64,000 bases of DNA from Cyanobacteria bacterium SZAS-4 (GCA_018266255.1 JAFEAT010000010.1:394842-458841); one strand, 5' to 3'; numbered from the stretch's first letter, positions 42,243-52,461 are shown. Program-made: numbers and translations. Notes: a model not told the origin generated them from the sequence alone.

Positions 42243-43607
42243 CTATAAGCGTGCTCGAGTTTTTATTTCTATGTAACTGTCTACGAGTTTGTTGCTCAAT
42301 TCTTGTGGGGGGCAATCTAACACAAGACATCCGCGTCGCTGCAAAACAGTCAGTGCCAACTCTCTTTGCGCTAGTAAATCGATCGCAACCGCTCTCTGGT
42401 ATGCTCTCTCAATATCGACTTCCGTAGTGCCATCGCTCGAGCTAGAGTCGTTTTTAGGGCTCGTCTTGGTTTCGAGAGTAACGCTACTATTTGCTATCTC
42501 GGTTACTTGTCGATCTTTTAAAGTTACGCAAAAGGGCAAATGCCTTTTACTAAGACTGGCGAGACCTGTTAAGAGGGCTTGCGATCCAGTTGGATCGGTC
42601 AAATCGCTGAGCACCACAATTAGTGACCTGCCTTTTTGTGCAGTAGCGAAATAAGAAAGCATACCGGCGTAATCTGGTTCGACCAGGCGCGGTTCGATGT
42701 CGAATGAAGCTTCCAAGATGCTCTTCAGGTGCGACTTTCCGCGCCTTGGTGGAAGATACATCAAGGGCTTGTCAGCGAAGATTCCGAAGCCGACCTGGTC
42801 GTTGTGTGACAAACCTGTCAGCGCCAGACAAAGAGCAGAATTCAGTGCGTGGTCAAATCGCGTCAATCCTTCTAGATCTGAAGCCATCATTCGACCTGCG
42901 TCAATCAAGATCAGGAGGCGTTGCTCTTGCTCTGCCTCGTAAGTTCTCACTACGGGGCGATCGCGGCGTGCTGTAGCTTTCCAATCGATCGCTTTGGAAT
43001 CGTCACCAACGGTGTATTCTTTTAAGCTGGAAAAATCGGTGCCCTGTCCGCGCCGCCTTTGATGCAACTCACCAAGCTCGGAAGAGTGACTTAGCTTGAT
43101 TGACAAATCGTGCAATGTTTTCAGATCGCTGTAAACTTTGACAGCCTGCTGGGCTGGCACTTTTACTTCATGCCAGAAAAGTTTCAAGAAGCTCAGATAG
43201 CGAATGTTGATCAGGCCAAAGTTATATGAGCCACGCCGCTTTGGCAAAAGATTATATTTGAGGGCACTGAATCCGTTAGCAGGCAGCTCAAACTCAAACT
43301 CGCGCACGTCTGACGTTATAGATGTTGGAAAATCGTCGCGCACTCTGCATTTGAGCGGCATGCCACCCTCGTTGAGTATGCGCAATTCGACCAAATTTTC
43401 TCTGCCGATTGACAGTCGTTCCGCAATCGATCTTGTCGCTGAAATGAATTTTTTGTCGAGTGTCAATTGGTAGTCTACGATTAGCAAAACTAGAACGACG
43501 ACATCAACGGCATAAGCCGCAGTCTTAAGAGCAGGAATCCAGTTGGCTGCGCAGAAAATGCAGGCAGCCAGGGTGAGTAAAAGGTACGTCAGTTTGCTTG
43601 CGATCAA
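42243..43607 (-). CDS. DUF58 (vWA-like) protein with two N-terminal TM helices
   Basis: 454 aa. RRRGQGTDFSSLKEYTVGDDSKAIDWKATARRDRPVVRTYEAEQEQRLLILIDAG is the DUF58 hallmark block. Confidence 0.85.
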   Translation of the reverse strand: MIASKLTYLLLTLAACIFCAANWIPALKTAAYAVDVVVLVLLIVDYQLTLDKKFISATRSIAERLSIGRENLVELRILNEGGMPLKCRVRDDFPTSITSDVREFEFELPANGFSALKYNLLPKRRGSYNFGLINIRYLSFLKLFWHEVKVPAQQAVKVYSDLKTLHDLSIKLSHSSELGELHQRRRGQGTDFSSLKEYTVGDDSKAIDWKATARRDRPVVRTYEAEQEQRLLILIDAGRMMASDLEGLTRFDHALNSALCLALTGLSHNDQVGFGIFADKPLMYLPPRRGKSHLKSILEASFDIEPRLVEPDYAGMLSYFATAQKGRSLIVVLSDLTDPTGSQALLTGLASLSKRHLPFCVTLKDRQVTEIANSSVTLETKTSPKNDSSSSDGTTEVDIERAYQRAVAIDLLAQRELALTVLQRRGCLVLDCPPQELSNKLVDSYIEIKTRARL

Positions 43608-43619
43608 GATTTTACTTCG

Positions 43620-44567
43620 CTAGCGAGGCACTGGAATTTGTTTCAGCAAATTGCCGATTACTTGTGAAAGCGTTACGCCGTCGAGTTCTGACTCTGGTGT
43701 GAGAATTAGTCGATGACGCAGAACTGGTTCGGCAACGAACTTTATGTTATCTGGCGTGACGAAATCTTTTCCTTCGATGGCAGCATGCGCCTTCGCTGCA
43801 GCGAGCCAGCTCAGTGCTGAACGTGGGCTGGCCCCTAACTGCAGGTCAGAGAGATTTCTGGATTTTTGAACGAGGTCGACCAGGTAACCGAGTATGGTGT
43901 CGTCAACCTTTATTGATTCCAGTGCCAGGCGACATTCGAGAATTTCATCGGCTGTTGTAACCGGATCGAGTTGCACTGCGTGCTTCTTGTACGCGCCTCC
44001 CTGCCACTTCGTCAGCATCAGTCGCTCTGCTTCTACACCCGGATATCCGATTAGAACTTTGAGCATGAATCGGTCCAGCTGTGCTTCAGGCAAAGGGTAG
44101 GTGCCTTCGAACTCGACTGGGTTTTGAGTAGCTACTACCATGAACAAATCTGGAAGTTTTTCAGTTCGGCCGTCGAGCGTTATCTGTCGTTCTTCCATCG
44201 CTTCCAGCAGGGCCGACTGAGTCTTGGGCGGCGTGCGGTTGATTTCGTCTGCCAGTAATAAGCTTGTGAAAATCGGACCACGCTTCATCGTGAAGGTCTT
44301 CGTTGTCAGGTCGTAGATGCTTGTGCCAAGTATGTCGGAAGGCAACATGTCGGGGGTCAGTTGCACTCGTCCAAACTCAGTTCCCACAAGGCTTGCAAGG
44401 GTTTTGACTAACAAGGTCTTTGCGGTGCCAGGCACGCCCTCAAGAAGCACATGCCCTTCGGCCAGCAATGCGATAAGTAGTTGATCGATGACTATCTCTT
44501 GACCAACAATGACCTCTGAAAGACTCTTGCGAAGTCGTTGAAAAACCGCAGAAATTTTTTGACTCAT
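43620..44567 (-). CDS. MoxR-family AAA+ ATPase
   Basis: 315 aa. Walker A LEGVPGTAKT, Walker B LLADEINRTPPKTQSALLEAMEE. Confidence 0.9.
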   Translation of the reverse strand: MSQKISAVFQRLRKSLSEVIVGQEIVIDQLLIALLAEGHVLLEGVPGTAKTLLVKTLASLVGTEFGRVQLTPDMLPSDILGTSIYDLTTKTFTMKRGPIFTSLLLADEINRTPPKTQSALLEAMEERQITLDGRTEKLPDLFMVVATQNPVEFEGTYPLPEAQLDRFMLKVLIGYPGVEAERLMLTKWQGGAYKKHAVQLDPVTTADEILECRLALESIKVDDTILGYLVDLVQKSRNLSDLQLGASPRSALSWLAAAKAHAAIEGKDFVTPDNIKFVAEPVLRHRLILTPESELDGVTLSQVIGNLLKQIPVPR

Positions 44568-44568
44568 G

Positions 44569-45843
44569 TCAGCCGCCTAGCCTTTTGAGAGATGTATTTT
44601 TAACGAATTGGTGGTTGAGTTGCTCGGTAATTTTATCGCAGCTAGTAATTATTGATTTGAATTGTGCATCGGATAGATTTTTCTCTTCGGACGCGAGTTC
44701 GAACTCGGTCAAGAATTTTGGTACCAGATCCTTGATCTTAGCGACTTGCATAGGATTGGCTTCTGCAAAAGCTTTCCAGGATTCGATGATTTTGCTCGTC
44801 TGCTCGTGCGGAGAGATGGAGAGCAATTTACACAGTCGGTTGCGCAGCGTGTGACCGGTGATTTCGCAGATTGCGCCATGAGCCTTTGCCCTGCGATATG
44901 CGTTTGACAGTCCGTTAATGAATTCGAGATTGGAAATTTTTCTTGAGTCGTTAACGACGGCAGTTGCTCCAAATCTTTTCGAAGAGCTGTAAATGCCAAC
45001 GCCTAAAATCAGCATTGCCTGGAGAAATGCAGCTCCCCATGGGCTTCTGCCGAGAACCACGAAGACATTTCCGCTCTCGCTGAATCCGTGGCAGCGTTCG
45101 TCAAACATGATGTCACCGCTTGCGGTGCTCATCCAATTTACTAAAAACTGAAAGTTTGCCCAGTTGTTGCGCTCTGAAAGTCTGCGATTAGCACACAAGG
45201 TAGGCGCTGTACCGACCAGTATTCTTCCTTTACCGTATTTCAACTCGCTAAAAATTGCTTTGTCATTGACTGATACAAGTGGTTTGCCACCAGTGATGTT
45301 AGTGTCGCTGGTTAGAGTGAGCGTTGGCACATGGGCGAAAAGCTCTTTGGTGGCATCGACTGGAACTGCTTCGTCGTGCAGGTCTCTGCCATCTGCGATG
45401 TCGAGATTTATTTTTTCAAGCAAACGGCGAGTCATCTTGAAAGAGAAGTGATCGAGGTATATAAGATCGTTCCCGGCGTGTACCCATTTGAGAATTTGTT
45501 CCGCCTCGAATTCGGCAGGCGAGGTGGACGGTGCGATGATGACCAGCATTCCATGCGCATTTCGCAGATTTCGATATGGCATCAGCCACGGATGTGCAGT
45601 CAACCCCACTTTCTTCAAAACTTCCGATAAGCCGCTCAGTCCACTCGGTTTTTTGTTGAAGATGGATGAGAGAACACGTTGCTCGGGAAGATAGTTTTGG
45701 ATCTGCTCGTCGAAAGCGCTGCCGACATAAACAGCTATCGCACTTACTAGTATTAGCAAAGAGAGCTGCCACCATATTTGAGTTCGATTTACTTTCTCTA
45801 CTGGTGGTGTTTCTAGAGGTGGTGTGGTTTCTAAAGAATTCAT
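44569..45843 (-). CDS. DUF4350-like membrane-anchored protein
   Basis: 424 aa with an N-terminal TM helix. The DIMFDERCHGFSE block resembles the DUF4350 motif, and a late TM follows. Its start overlaps the upstream gene (ATGA). Confidence 0.7.
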   Translation of the reverse strand: MNSLETTPPLETPPVEKVNRTQIWWQLSLLILVSAIAVYVGSAFDEQIQNYLPEQRVLSSIFNKKPSGLSGLSEVLKKVGLTAHPWLMPYRNLRNAHGMLVIIAPSTSPAEFEAEQILKWVHAGNDLIYLDHFSFKMTRRLLEKINLDIADGRDLHDEAVPVDATKELFAHVPTLTLTSDTNITGGKPLVSVNDKAIFSELKYGKGRILVGTAPTLCANRRLSERNNWANFQFLVNWMSTASGDIMFDERCHGFSESGNVFVVLGRSPWGAAFLQAMLILGVGIYSSSKRFGATAVVNDSRKISNLEFINGLSNAYRRAKAHGAICEITGHTLRNRLCKLLSISPHEQTSKIIESWKAFAEANPMQVAKIKDLVPKFLTEFELASEEKNLSDAQFKSIITSCDKITEQLNHQFVKNTSLKRLGG

Positions 45844-46514
45844 TTGGCACTCGCTATCTCGCCTGCGGTGCGCTCTTTAATGAACTGACATTCCTCTTCC
45901 ACTTTTCGCAGATGTTCGCCTATCTCTCTGTAATCTTCAGCGCTGGCTTGTTTATTGCCGAACCAGACTAATTCAACTCGATTGGCAAGGGATTTGAATG
46001 AACGTGCTAGCATCTCGCTGCGCGGTTCCAGGGCATACCAATATTCGTAGTTTGTTCGAGTGGGAGCAAACTCGACCACTGCACTTTCGTGCATGGTTCT
46101 GAGCGAAGACATGTAGAGCGCCCGACATGCTTTTCTCCAATCTTTCTTTTCGGAAAGTTCGTCTGCTTCCTTTTTCCAGCCCTCAGCGTCTAGCAGTCGA
46201 TATGCAGCGGACTGACCTTTCCGCGCCAACTGGGCTTGTGCACTGAGCTGCCCCATTCTTTTGAGTGCGAAGTAGACGATGGCAAAGAGGCAGATTGCCC
46301 CGACGAGCAATACCAAGACTTGCATGATATTGCCGACGGCGTTGGTGTCAGCCATTCCTGGCATGTGAATGCGCAACGATGAAAGTAAGTCGGTGACGAA
46401 TCGCCAGGCTCTGTCTAACCATTCCTGCATCTGCACGAGAAGATCAGGAGGCTTTTTGTAGTTGTACTTGCCTGCTACCGCAGCAATCTCAGGAGCGATG
46501 TCTCGTGGATTCAT
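45840..46514 (-). CDS. DUF4129-like membrane protein
   Basis: 224 aa with one TM helix. The C-terminal block RTNYEYWYAL...VELVWFGNKQASAEDY is typical of DUF4129. Confidence 0.7.
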   Translation of the reverse strand: MNPRDIAPEIAAVAGKYNYKKPPDLLVQMQEWLDRAWRFVTDLLSSLRIHMPGMADTNAVGNIMQVLVLLVGAICLFAIVYFALKRMGQLSAQAQLARKGQSAAYRLLDAEGWKKEADELSEKKDWRKACRALYMSSLRTMHESAVVEFAPTRTNYEYWYALEPRSEMLARSFKSLANRVELVWFGNKQASAEDYREIGEHLRKVEEECQFIKERTAGEIASAK

Positions 46515-46517
46515 GGG

Positions 46518-47447
46518 CTAAGCACCGGTCGCGATGAGCTGATTGAGGTTATGTTCGACGTCGAGCCCTTCCTGTCGCACCTTTAAATCGCGGTAGAACA
46601 ATCCCGCCGCCATGAAACTGATCGGCACGAGGAACATGTTGATGATCGCCTGCCAGAATTGACTGAGCACGAGGCAGTAGAATGGCATGGCTGCTGAGGG
46701 ATCAGTGTGATTTGCGGGGAAGCCGCTTCTGAAAAGCTCGAACATCGCCAGTGCCACTACTGGCAGTGACAATGTCCAGGAAAAGATTGAGATGATGATC
46801 GAAAGTAAAATGGCAAAACCGATAGCGCGCCATACGTCGTGCATAAGCAGATGAAACACCTTCCCTAATAGCAAGGTCCAGCGTTGCTCTTCACAGGCAA
46901 GCGCAGACGTCATCAATAGATAGTAGACACTGAGTAATCCAATTGAAGCTAGCAAGCCGATGAAACCAACAAGAATTCCAACTACTGCTACCGGCAAAAG
47001 TTTCGACCCCAAAACGGCCGCGAGTATGATTTCGGCTCCCCAGAAAACAACCATGCCTACGCAGAAAAAGTATGACAAAAGGAATAGTCCGATGATCGTC
47101 CATTTTTTGTCGAAAGCAAAACTCAATGCCTCCCGATAATTGTCAGACAATCCATTGGCAAGGCGAACGAAAGCAAATTGTCTAATCGTCAAAAACCAGA
47201 GACCGACGACAGAAATCAGCATTCCGACGCTGAACCCAGCCAGACCCATTAGCAAAAGACCGATGTCTTTTGGATTTTTCAAGCCGTAAGTGGCGGCGAA
47301 TTGAATGATGGTGTGTCCGATAGCCATGACGATACACGGCGTAATCTGCTCGCGCAGAAGCAGGGGCACATTCGTTCTGAAAAGCCTGAAGGCGCGACCG
47401 ATAATATCGCCGACAGTTTGAGGATTAGAAGGAGGTGCTTCGAACAA
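46518..47447 (-). CDS. Polytopic integral membrane protein, first gene of the MoxR operon
   Basis: 309 aa with about 6-7 hydrophobic helices. It lies 3 nt upstream of the DUF4129 gene. Confidence 0.65.
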   Translation of the reverse strand: MFEAPPSNPQTVGDIIGRAFRLFRTNVPLLLREQITPCIVMAIGHTIIQFAATYGLKNPKDIGLLLMGLAGFSVGMLISVVGLWFLTIRQFAFVRLANGLSDNYREALSFAFDKKWTIIGLFLLSYFFCVGMVVFWGAEIILAAVLGSKLLPVAVVGILVGFIGLLASIGLLSVYYLLMTSALACEEQRWTLLLGKVFHLLMHDVWRAIGFAILLSIIISIFSWTLSLPVVALAMFELFRSGFPANHTDPSAAMPFYCLVLSQFWQAIINMFLVPISFMAAGLFYRDLKVRQEGLDVEHNLNQLIATGA

Positions 47448-47606
47448 CTTAGATCTCCTGCCCTTAGTTTAGCGGACGATGTGGCGAATCTCCTTTGGAC
47501 AAAATTTCTTCAGTTTGGGGGCCAAGCGTGGCACTCTTGCTAAAGTAGTCACCTAGAAAAGTCCACAGCTCGCTGTATCGACTCCCATTGGATTGCCTGT
47601 AACTCC

Positions 47607-48119
47607 ATGTTAAAACCCGAACTCTACTCGCCGCATCCGCTGCCCGCCATCCTCAATATTCCCCGTCACTTCACGGCAAGCGCGGTGATCCTCTCGCAGA
47701 ATCATATTTTGTTGGTTCATCATCGCCGGATAGGCGCCTGGTTGCCTCCCGGTGGACATATCGAAGATGATGAAATGCCCCACCAGTGTGCTGAGCGCGA
47801 AACGATGGAGGAGACTGGAGTGGCGATTGACGTCGTCAGTTCAAATTTGCCCTTCACCGGCGACTCGGATGCGTTCCTTTTGCCCACGCCACTTTGCATT
47901 CACAGCGTGAAGGCGGTGGAGAAGGGGGTTGACTACTACCACATCGATTTTGTCTTTTTTGGCAGACCCAAACAGCTGGACGCTTTACCGTCCATCGAGC
48001 ACACCGACGATGTTTACGAGGCGCGGTGGTTTTCTCTCGACAAGCTGCACGAAGTGCCCCTGGCGAAAAATGTCGTAGAAGTCGTCGGAGTCGCTCGCGA
48101 GCGGCTTGCCAACAGTTAG
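47607..48119 (+). CDS. NUDIX hydrolase
   Basis: 170 aa. Nudix box GGHIEDDEMPHQCAERETMEETGV. Confidence 0.85.
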   Translation: MLKPELYSPHPLPAILNIPRHFTASAVILSQNHILLVHHRRIGAWLPPGGHIEDDEMPHQCAERETMEETGVAIDVVSSNLPFTGDSDAFLLPTPLCIHSVKAVEKGVDYYHIDFVFFGRPKQLDALPSIEHTDDVYEARWFSLDKLHEVPLAKNVVEVVGVARERLANS

Positions 48120-48242
48120 ATTCACTTTTTCGCCGTTGATTTAGGTTATTTGCGGAGAAATTTGGGATACTAGGGGTGGCGTCCCAGCGCGGGGCAACTG
48201 GTAATTGGCGACATACCGCCCTAGAGGACGGAACCGCTCCAC

Positions 48243-50903
48243 ATGAGCTCTGACCATCGCAGCGAATTTGTGCAAAGACTTTCAGGTGTGCGAGATCTAA
48301 AAAAGATCTTGGAGACCACAGTCAAAGAAATGGGCGACATGTTTCAGGCAGACTGTTGCCAGATCATGCTGAGCAATCCGCTCGATCCTAACGTCACCTC
48401 GATATGCGAATTTCGTGCGATGCCCGGCGAAGATATGCGCGGCATCGCTGGCGTTACTATGCCACTGGTTTTGCATGGACGCACCTTCGGCTCGCTGAGC
48501 ATGTCGCGTCGCAACGAAGTCAGCCAGGAAGAAGTTAACCAGATGCGTGTGATTCTTGGTGAGCTTGGCGATATCGTTCGCCACGCCCAGATCAACGATA
48601 TCGTGCAACGTGATACTTTTCGCGATACGTTTTTGGTGGAAATCGGAAACGTCATGGCGTACTCGCTGGGCATCGGCGATGCGCTGTTCATGGTCGTCAA
48701 CATTTTAGGTAAAGTCTTGCAGGCCAGCCGTTGTTTGTTCGTCTGCACCGACGATAGTGCTGCAGGCTGGAAGTGTTACGAGTTCTGGCAGCAAGAAAAA
48801 GTGCAGAGCTGCCAGGAATACCGATGGCCTACTACAGATTCGCCAGTGATTGCTCAGACGTTGCTGTCTACTGCACCGCTTAGAGTTTTTGAGGGGCAGC
48901 AAAATTCATATGTTTCGCCAGTGCAGGAAGAGTTGCAGTTCATCGGCGTTAAATCGCTTTTGGGCGTGGCTTTGAAGAGTTCGACAGCTACACACGGTTG
49001 CGTCATTCTTCAGCAGTGCGATTACCGACGCGCTTGGACGCGCAATGAAGTCGACATGGTTCAGAAAGTGGCAGACAAAGTTGCTGACGCGCTTGCTAAA
49101 TTGCCGGCTGAGAAGCGTGCTCGTGAACCAATCATGCAGCTTCACCAGCGCATCGTCGCTGTGCCTGATCAACCTGCACAAGATGGAAAGACTTCTTACG
49201 ACTCTGTGCGCAAAGCGTTGAAAGGTGCACTTGGACAACAAGCGATCCCGAGTGCTCGTGCCACCTCAGCGCCGCCACCACCGCCTAAACCAACGGCTGT
49301 CGTGCCACCAGCCCCGACACCGCCTGCAGCTCCAGCGCGTCCATTGCCTCCACCGAACGTGACGATGGCGACGACTCTACAAGGTCTAGCGCCGCCGCCG
49401 CTCCCGGCTCCAGCCACTAGCGCTCCGACAATCTCACCTGTGCAATCGCGCACGCAAGCCCCTGTTGAACCAGGCAGCAAATCACTGGGAAGTATCTTGG
49501 GTAACCAGGCTGCTGCTGCACCTCCCACGCCACCGCCTGCAGTCGCACCACCTGTGGTACCTCCTGCCCAGGCGAAAACTGGCGATGATCCTTATGCAGA
49601 TCTCGATTTTGGCGACATGGATAACGCCACGCCTGAGCAACAAGCAGCTGCAGCTGCTGCTGGTCGTGCTGTTCCAGGTCGACCCGGACTCGACACAGCG
49701 ATGGACCCCGATGCCACATGGGGTAATCTCGACGCCATCCAACCTCCGCATGGACAGTCGCTAGCCCCAGAAAATCCAGCTACGGCCGCGCAGGCAAGGC
49801 AGCAAATGGAAGAGGCTGCACGTGCGGCACAGCAAGAACAACCTGTTGTAGCTCCGCCTCCTGTGCCACCAGCTGCGCCACCAGTTGCGCCACCAGTTGC
49901 GCCACTAGTCTCGACACCGGTCGCTCCCATCCCTGCTCCCGCACCACCAGCACCTGTTCCCGCTCCTGTCGCAGCAACCGTCGCTCCTGCAGCTCAGGCT
50001 GATGGTGGAGGAAGCCCATGGGGTGACCTGGATGCTATAGCTGCGCCATCGACTCCAACGAAGGGACTGGGCGGATTCATCGGAAAAGCCAGAGCTGTTG
50101 CCGCTGCTCCAGCCGCCGGCAGTGCACTGATGGCCTCATTCCATAAAGATAAGTCGAAGTTTGCTGCAGCCGCAGAAGCGCCACCAGTGTCGCCAGAGTT
50201 TGTGGCTGGACCAGCAACTGCCCCACCTGTAGATGAAGCTGCCGCCGCTGCCAAATTAGAAGAGTTGATGAAATCGACGACGAACGCTACCAGCGATTAC
50301 ATCTTCGCTACTCCGGGGCTAGATATGCGTATGTTGGGGCGTATCGACGGATGGGTATCCCAGATCGAACAGAAAGACAAGTACATTGGTGGACACGCCA
50401 GACAAGTGGCAGAGTTCGCTTGCGCAATCGCTCAGGAAGCGGGCTTAAGTGCAGCCGACGTTGAACTGGTAAGACAAGCATCCTTGGTGCATGATGTTGG
50501 TAAGTTGGGTTCTGCCGCACCGATCCTGCAGAAGCCAGACGAGCAACTCTCAGACCCTGACTTGATTACAGTGATGAAGCATCCACTCGATGGTGCAGAG
50601 TTGTTGGAATCATTCCCCGACCTCCAGCGATTAGCTCCGATCGTGCGTTCTCATCATGAGGAGTACAACGGAAACGGATATCCGCAAGGTCTGAAGGGCG
50701 ACGAAATACCCGTTGCGGCACGTATCATTCACGTGGCAAACAGCTATCACTCGATGACGAGCGCCAAGCGTTACGGACCTGGAATGACACCGGCAGCCGC
50801 TCAGAATGAACTTGTGAAAGGCGCCGGACAACAGTGGGATCCAACTTATGTTCAGATGCTGATTCAAGCGATTATGGGCAAAAAGGTGCCTGCCGCATTC
50901 TAA
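48243..50903 (+). CDS. GAF-domain sensor with a ~330-aa Pro/Ala-rich linker and C-terminal HD-GYP domain (putative c-di-GMP phosphodiesterase)
   Basis: 886 aa. HD-GYP motifs are LVHDVGKL and HHEEYNGNGYPQGLKGDEIP. The central region (about 49250-50250) is almost pure P/A/V/Q. Confidence 0.8.
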   Translation: MSSDHRSEFVQRLSGVRDLKKILETTVKEMGDMFQADCCQIMLSNPLDPNVTSICEFRAMPGEDMRGIAGVTMPLVLHGRTFGSLSMSRRNEVSQEEVNQMRVILGELGDIVRHAQINDIVQRDTFRDTFLVEIGNVMAYSLGIGDALFMVVNILGKVLQASRCLFVCTDDSAAGWKCYEFWQQEKVQSCQEYRWPTTDSPVIAQTLLSTAPLRVFEGQQNSYVSPVQEELQFIGVKSLLGVALKSSTATHGCVILQQCDYRRAWTRNEVDMVQKVADKVADALAKLPAEKRAREPIMQLHQRIVAVPDQPAQDGKTSYDSVRKALKGALGQQAIPSARATSAPPPPPKPTAVVPPAPTPPAAPARPLPPPNVTMATTLQGLAPPPLPAPATSAPTISPVQSRTQAPVEPGSKSLGSILGNQAAAAPPTPPPAVAPPVVPPAQAKTGDDPYADLDFGDMDNATPEQQAAAAAAGRAVPGRPGLDTAMDPDATWGNLDAIQPPHGQSLAPENPATAAQARQQMEEAARAAQQEQPVVAPPPVPPAAPPVAPPVAPLVSTPVAPIPAPAPPAPVPAPVAATVAPAAQADGGGSPWGDLDAIAAPSTPTKGLGGFIGKARAVAAAPAAGSALMASFHKDKSKFAAAAEAPPVSPEFVAGPATAPPVDEAAAAAKLEELMKSTTNATSDYIFATPGLDMRMLGRIDGWVSQIEQKDKYIGGHARQVAEFACAIAQEAGLSAADVELVRQASLVHDVGKLGSAAPILQKPDEQLSDPDLITVMKHPLDGAELLESFPDLQRLAPIVRSHHEEYNGNGYPQGLKGDEIPVAARIIHVANSYHSMTSAKRYGPGMTPAAAQNELVKGAGQQWDPTYVQMLIQAIMGKKVPAAF

Positions 50904-50931
50904 CGGCTCAAGTCAGCTAGCGGACAGCGCG

Positions 50932-51180
50932 TCACAATGCAAGAAGGGCAAAGTGCGCAAAATCGTTTGGAAGAATTCGAAAGTTACCGAAGTGAAACGA
51001 TTCCACAGTTGGAAGCGCTAAAACGAGCGTCAGTGTCACAGCAAGCGCTAGTACTACTAGCAGTGCTACTGCATACAGCTGCGTCGCGTTGATTACGACA
51101 TGGTGTTGCTCTTCCGACAGCGTGGTCGGCTTAAATCTATGCGGCAAGCCGCCCGATTTATCGAAGGTCATTACGGTCAT
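50932..51180 (-). CDS. Small membrane protein (hypothetical)
   Basis: 82 aa. A strong SD (GGAGGTG) lies 7-9 nt upstream of the ATG. One clear TM helix, LYAVALLVVLALAVTLTLVLAL. Confidence 0.5.
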   Translation of the reverse strand: MTVMTFDKSGGLPHRFKPTTLSEEQHHVVINATQLYAVALLVVLALAVTLTLVLALPTVESFHFGNFRILPNDFAHFALLAL

Positions 51181-51335
51181 TTAGGTTCACCTCCCATTGG
51201 GTTTGATCCTGGCAACCGAGGTCCTCAATGACGGAAGTGCCCGCTTAAAGTTCCCTGGTAACTGTCCAAGATTCGTCTGGTCCGTATAGATGTGTGAGCC
51301 CACAATTTATCGTTCAAATTACCAGGTGTTTTGCC

Positions 51336-52388
51336 ATGTCTATAAAACCTGATGCTATCTTGGAACTGGCTTACACTGACCTGTCTGGCTCAGCCAAAGC
51401 GGCTTACGAGGCTTTTAAGCAGGAGCTGCACGGGGGTTACGTAGACTATAGAAGTCTCTACACAAGAACCGCTGCTCAGGATAAAGCGCTGCCTGATTTT
51501 GAATTGGTTGACCCCGAGCATCCAAATCATATCGGCAAGCCTGGTGACCACAAGGAGCAGCTGACTGTCAATGGAATTTCGCGCGAATATACAGTGCACG
51601 TTCCACCTCAGTATGACGGAACGACAAAGCTGCCGGTCGTTGTGATGTTGCACGGGCACGGAGAAGACGGGCAACAGTTTGCGGATTTAAGTCAAATAAA
51701 CGCCGAAGCAGACAAAAAAGGATTTATCGCAGTCTATCCTGACGCCGTTCAATGGTTTGGCGAAAAGAACCAGTCAGCCTGGAATGCGAACGATGGACTC
51801 GTGCCACCTGGGACTAATGTGGATGACGTCCAGTTCGTCAATTCAATTATCGATACGACAGCGAAACAGCTTCCCGTGGACTCAGATCGCGTCTTCGTAG
51901 CCGGTTACTCAAATGGTGGAATGCTCGCGGCAGAAGTTGCTAACAAATTGTCCGACAAAGTTGCCGCTGTCGGTTTGGTGAGCACCGGTATGTCTGACGC
52001 TAACGAAACCACTGATGGCTCGCCGATTTCAGTGGTCAGCATCCATGGAACCGATGACCCGCTCATTCCAATCTGTGGATTTCCAAAGGTGCCGAAAACA
52101 TTGAATCGGTTAGGGCTTCCTCAGTTTGAATCGTACGATGATGCAACAGACTATTGGGTGAGTAAGGATGGCGCATCGCAGCCTCTGATCACAAAAGACG
52201 GCAACGTTACCAAAGCTGACTATCAAAATGGAAAGAACGGAACGGAGGTGGCGCAGTACACCGTATCTGGTGGCAACCACGCCTGGTATGGAAGCGAAGG
52301 GTCGAGCGGAGCAAACGCATCAATCAACGCCACCGAGGTTCTCTGGGACTTCTTTCAGGCCCATCCCAAACAAGCCTATCCAAATTGA
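51336..52388 (+). CDS. Alpha/beta-hydrolase esterase (PHB-depolymerase/LpqC-like family)
   Basis: ATG 51336 is preceded by AGGTG (maximal ORF from GTG 51294). Contains VVVMLHGHGEDG, the nucleophile elbow GYSNGGM, and VVSIHGTDDPLIP. Confidence 0.8.
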   Translation: MSIKPDAILELAYTDLSGSAKAAYEAFKQELHGGYVDYRSLYTRTAAQDKALPDFELVDPEHPNHIGKPGDHKEQLTVNGISREYTVHVPPQYDGTTKLPVVVMLHGHGEDGQQFADLSQINAEADKKGFIAVYPDAVQWFGEKNQSAWNANDGLVPPGTNVDDVQFVNSIIDTTAKQLPVDSDRVFVAGYSNGGMLAAEVANKLSDKVAAVGLVSTGMSDANETTDGSPISVVSIHGTDDPLIPICGFPKVPKTLNRLGLPQFESYDDATDYWVSKDGASQPLITKDGNVTKADYQNGKNGTEVAQYTVSGGNHAWYGSEGSSGANASINATEVLWDFFQAHPKQAYPN

Positions 52389-52400
52389 TCCCGTCGATGA

Positions 52401-52427
52401 ATCAATTTAAGCACAAGATTGTAAGTC
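52401..52427 (+). repeat. Dispersed intergenic element, copy B
   Basis: ATCAATTTAAGCACAAGATTGTAAGTC lies 13 nt after the esterase stop. An 8-bp inverted partner AAATTGAT sits at 52383-52390. Confidence 0.85.
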
Positions 52428-52461
52428 CCCAAATCTGGCAAACAGCGCTGATTACCAAACA

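Noticed and set aside
49196-50254. A stack of minus-strand and alternate-frame ORFs (79-112 aa) inside the GAF/HD-GYP gene
   Set aside because: All fall in the Pro/Ala-rich linker. A GC-rich repetitive coding sequence keeps every frame open. They show no independent gene signals.
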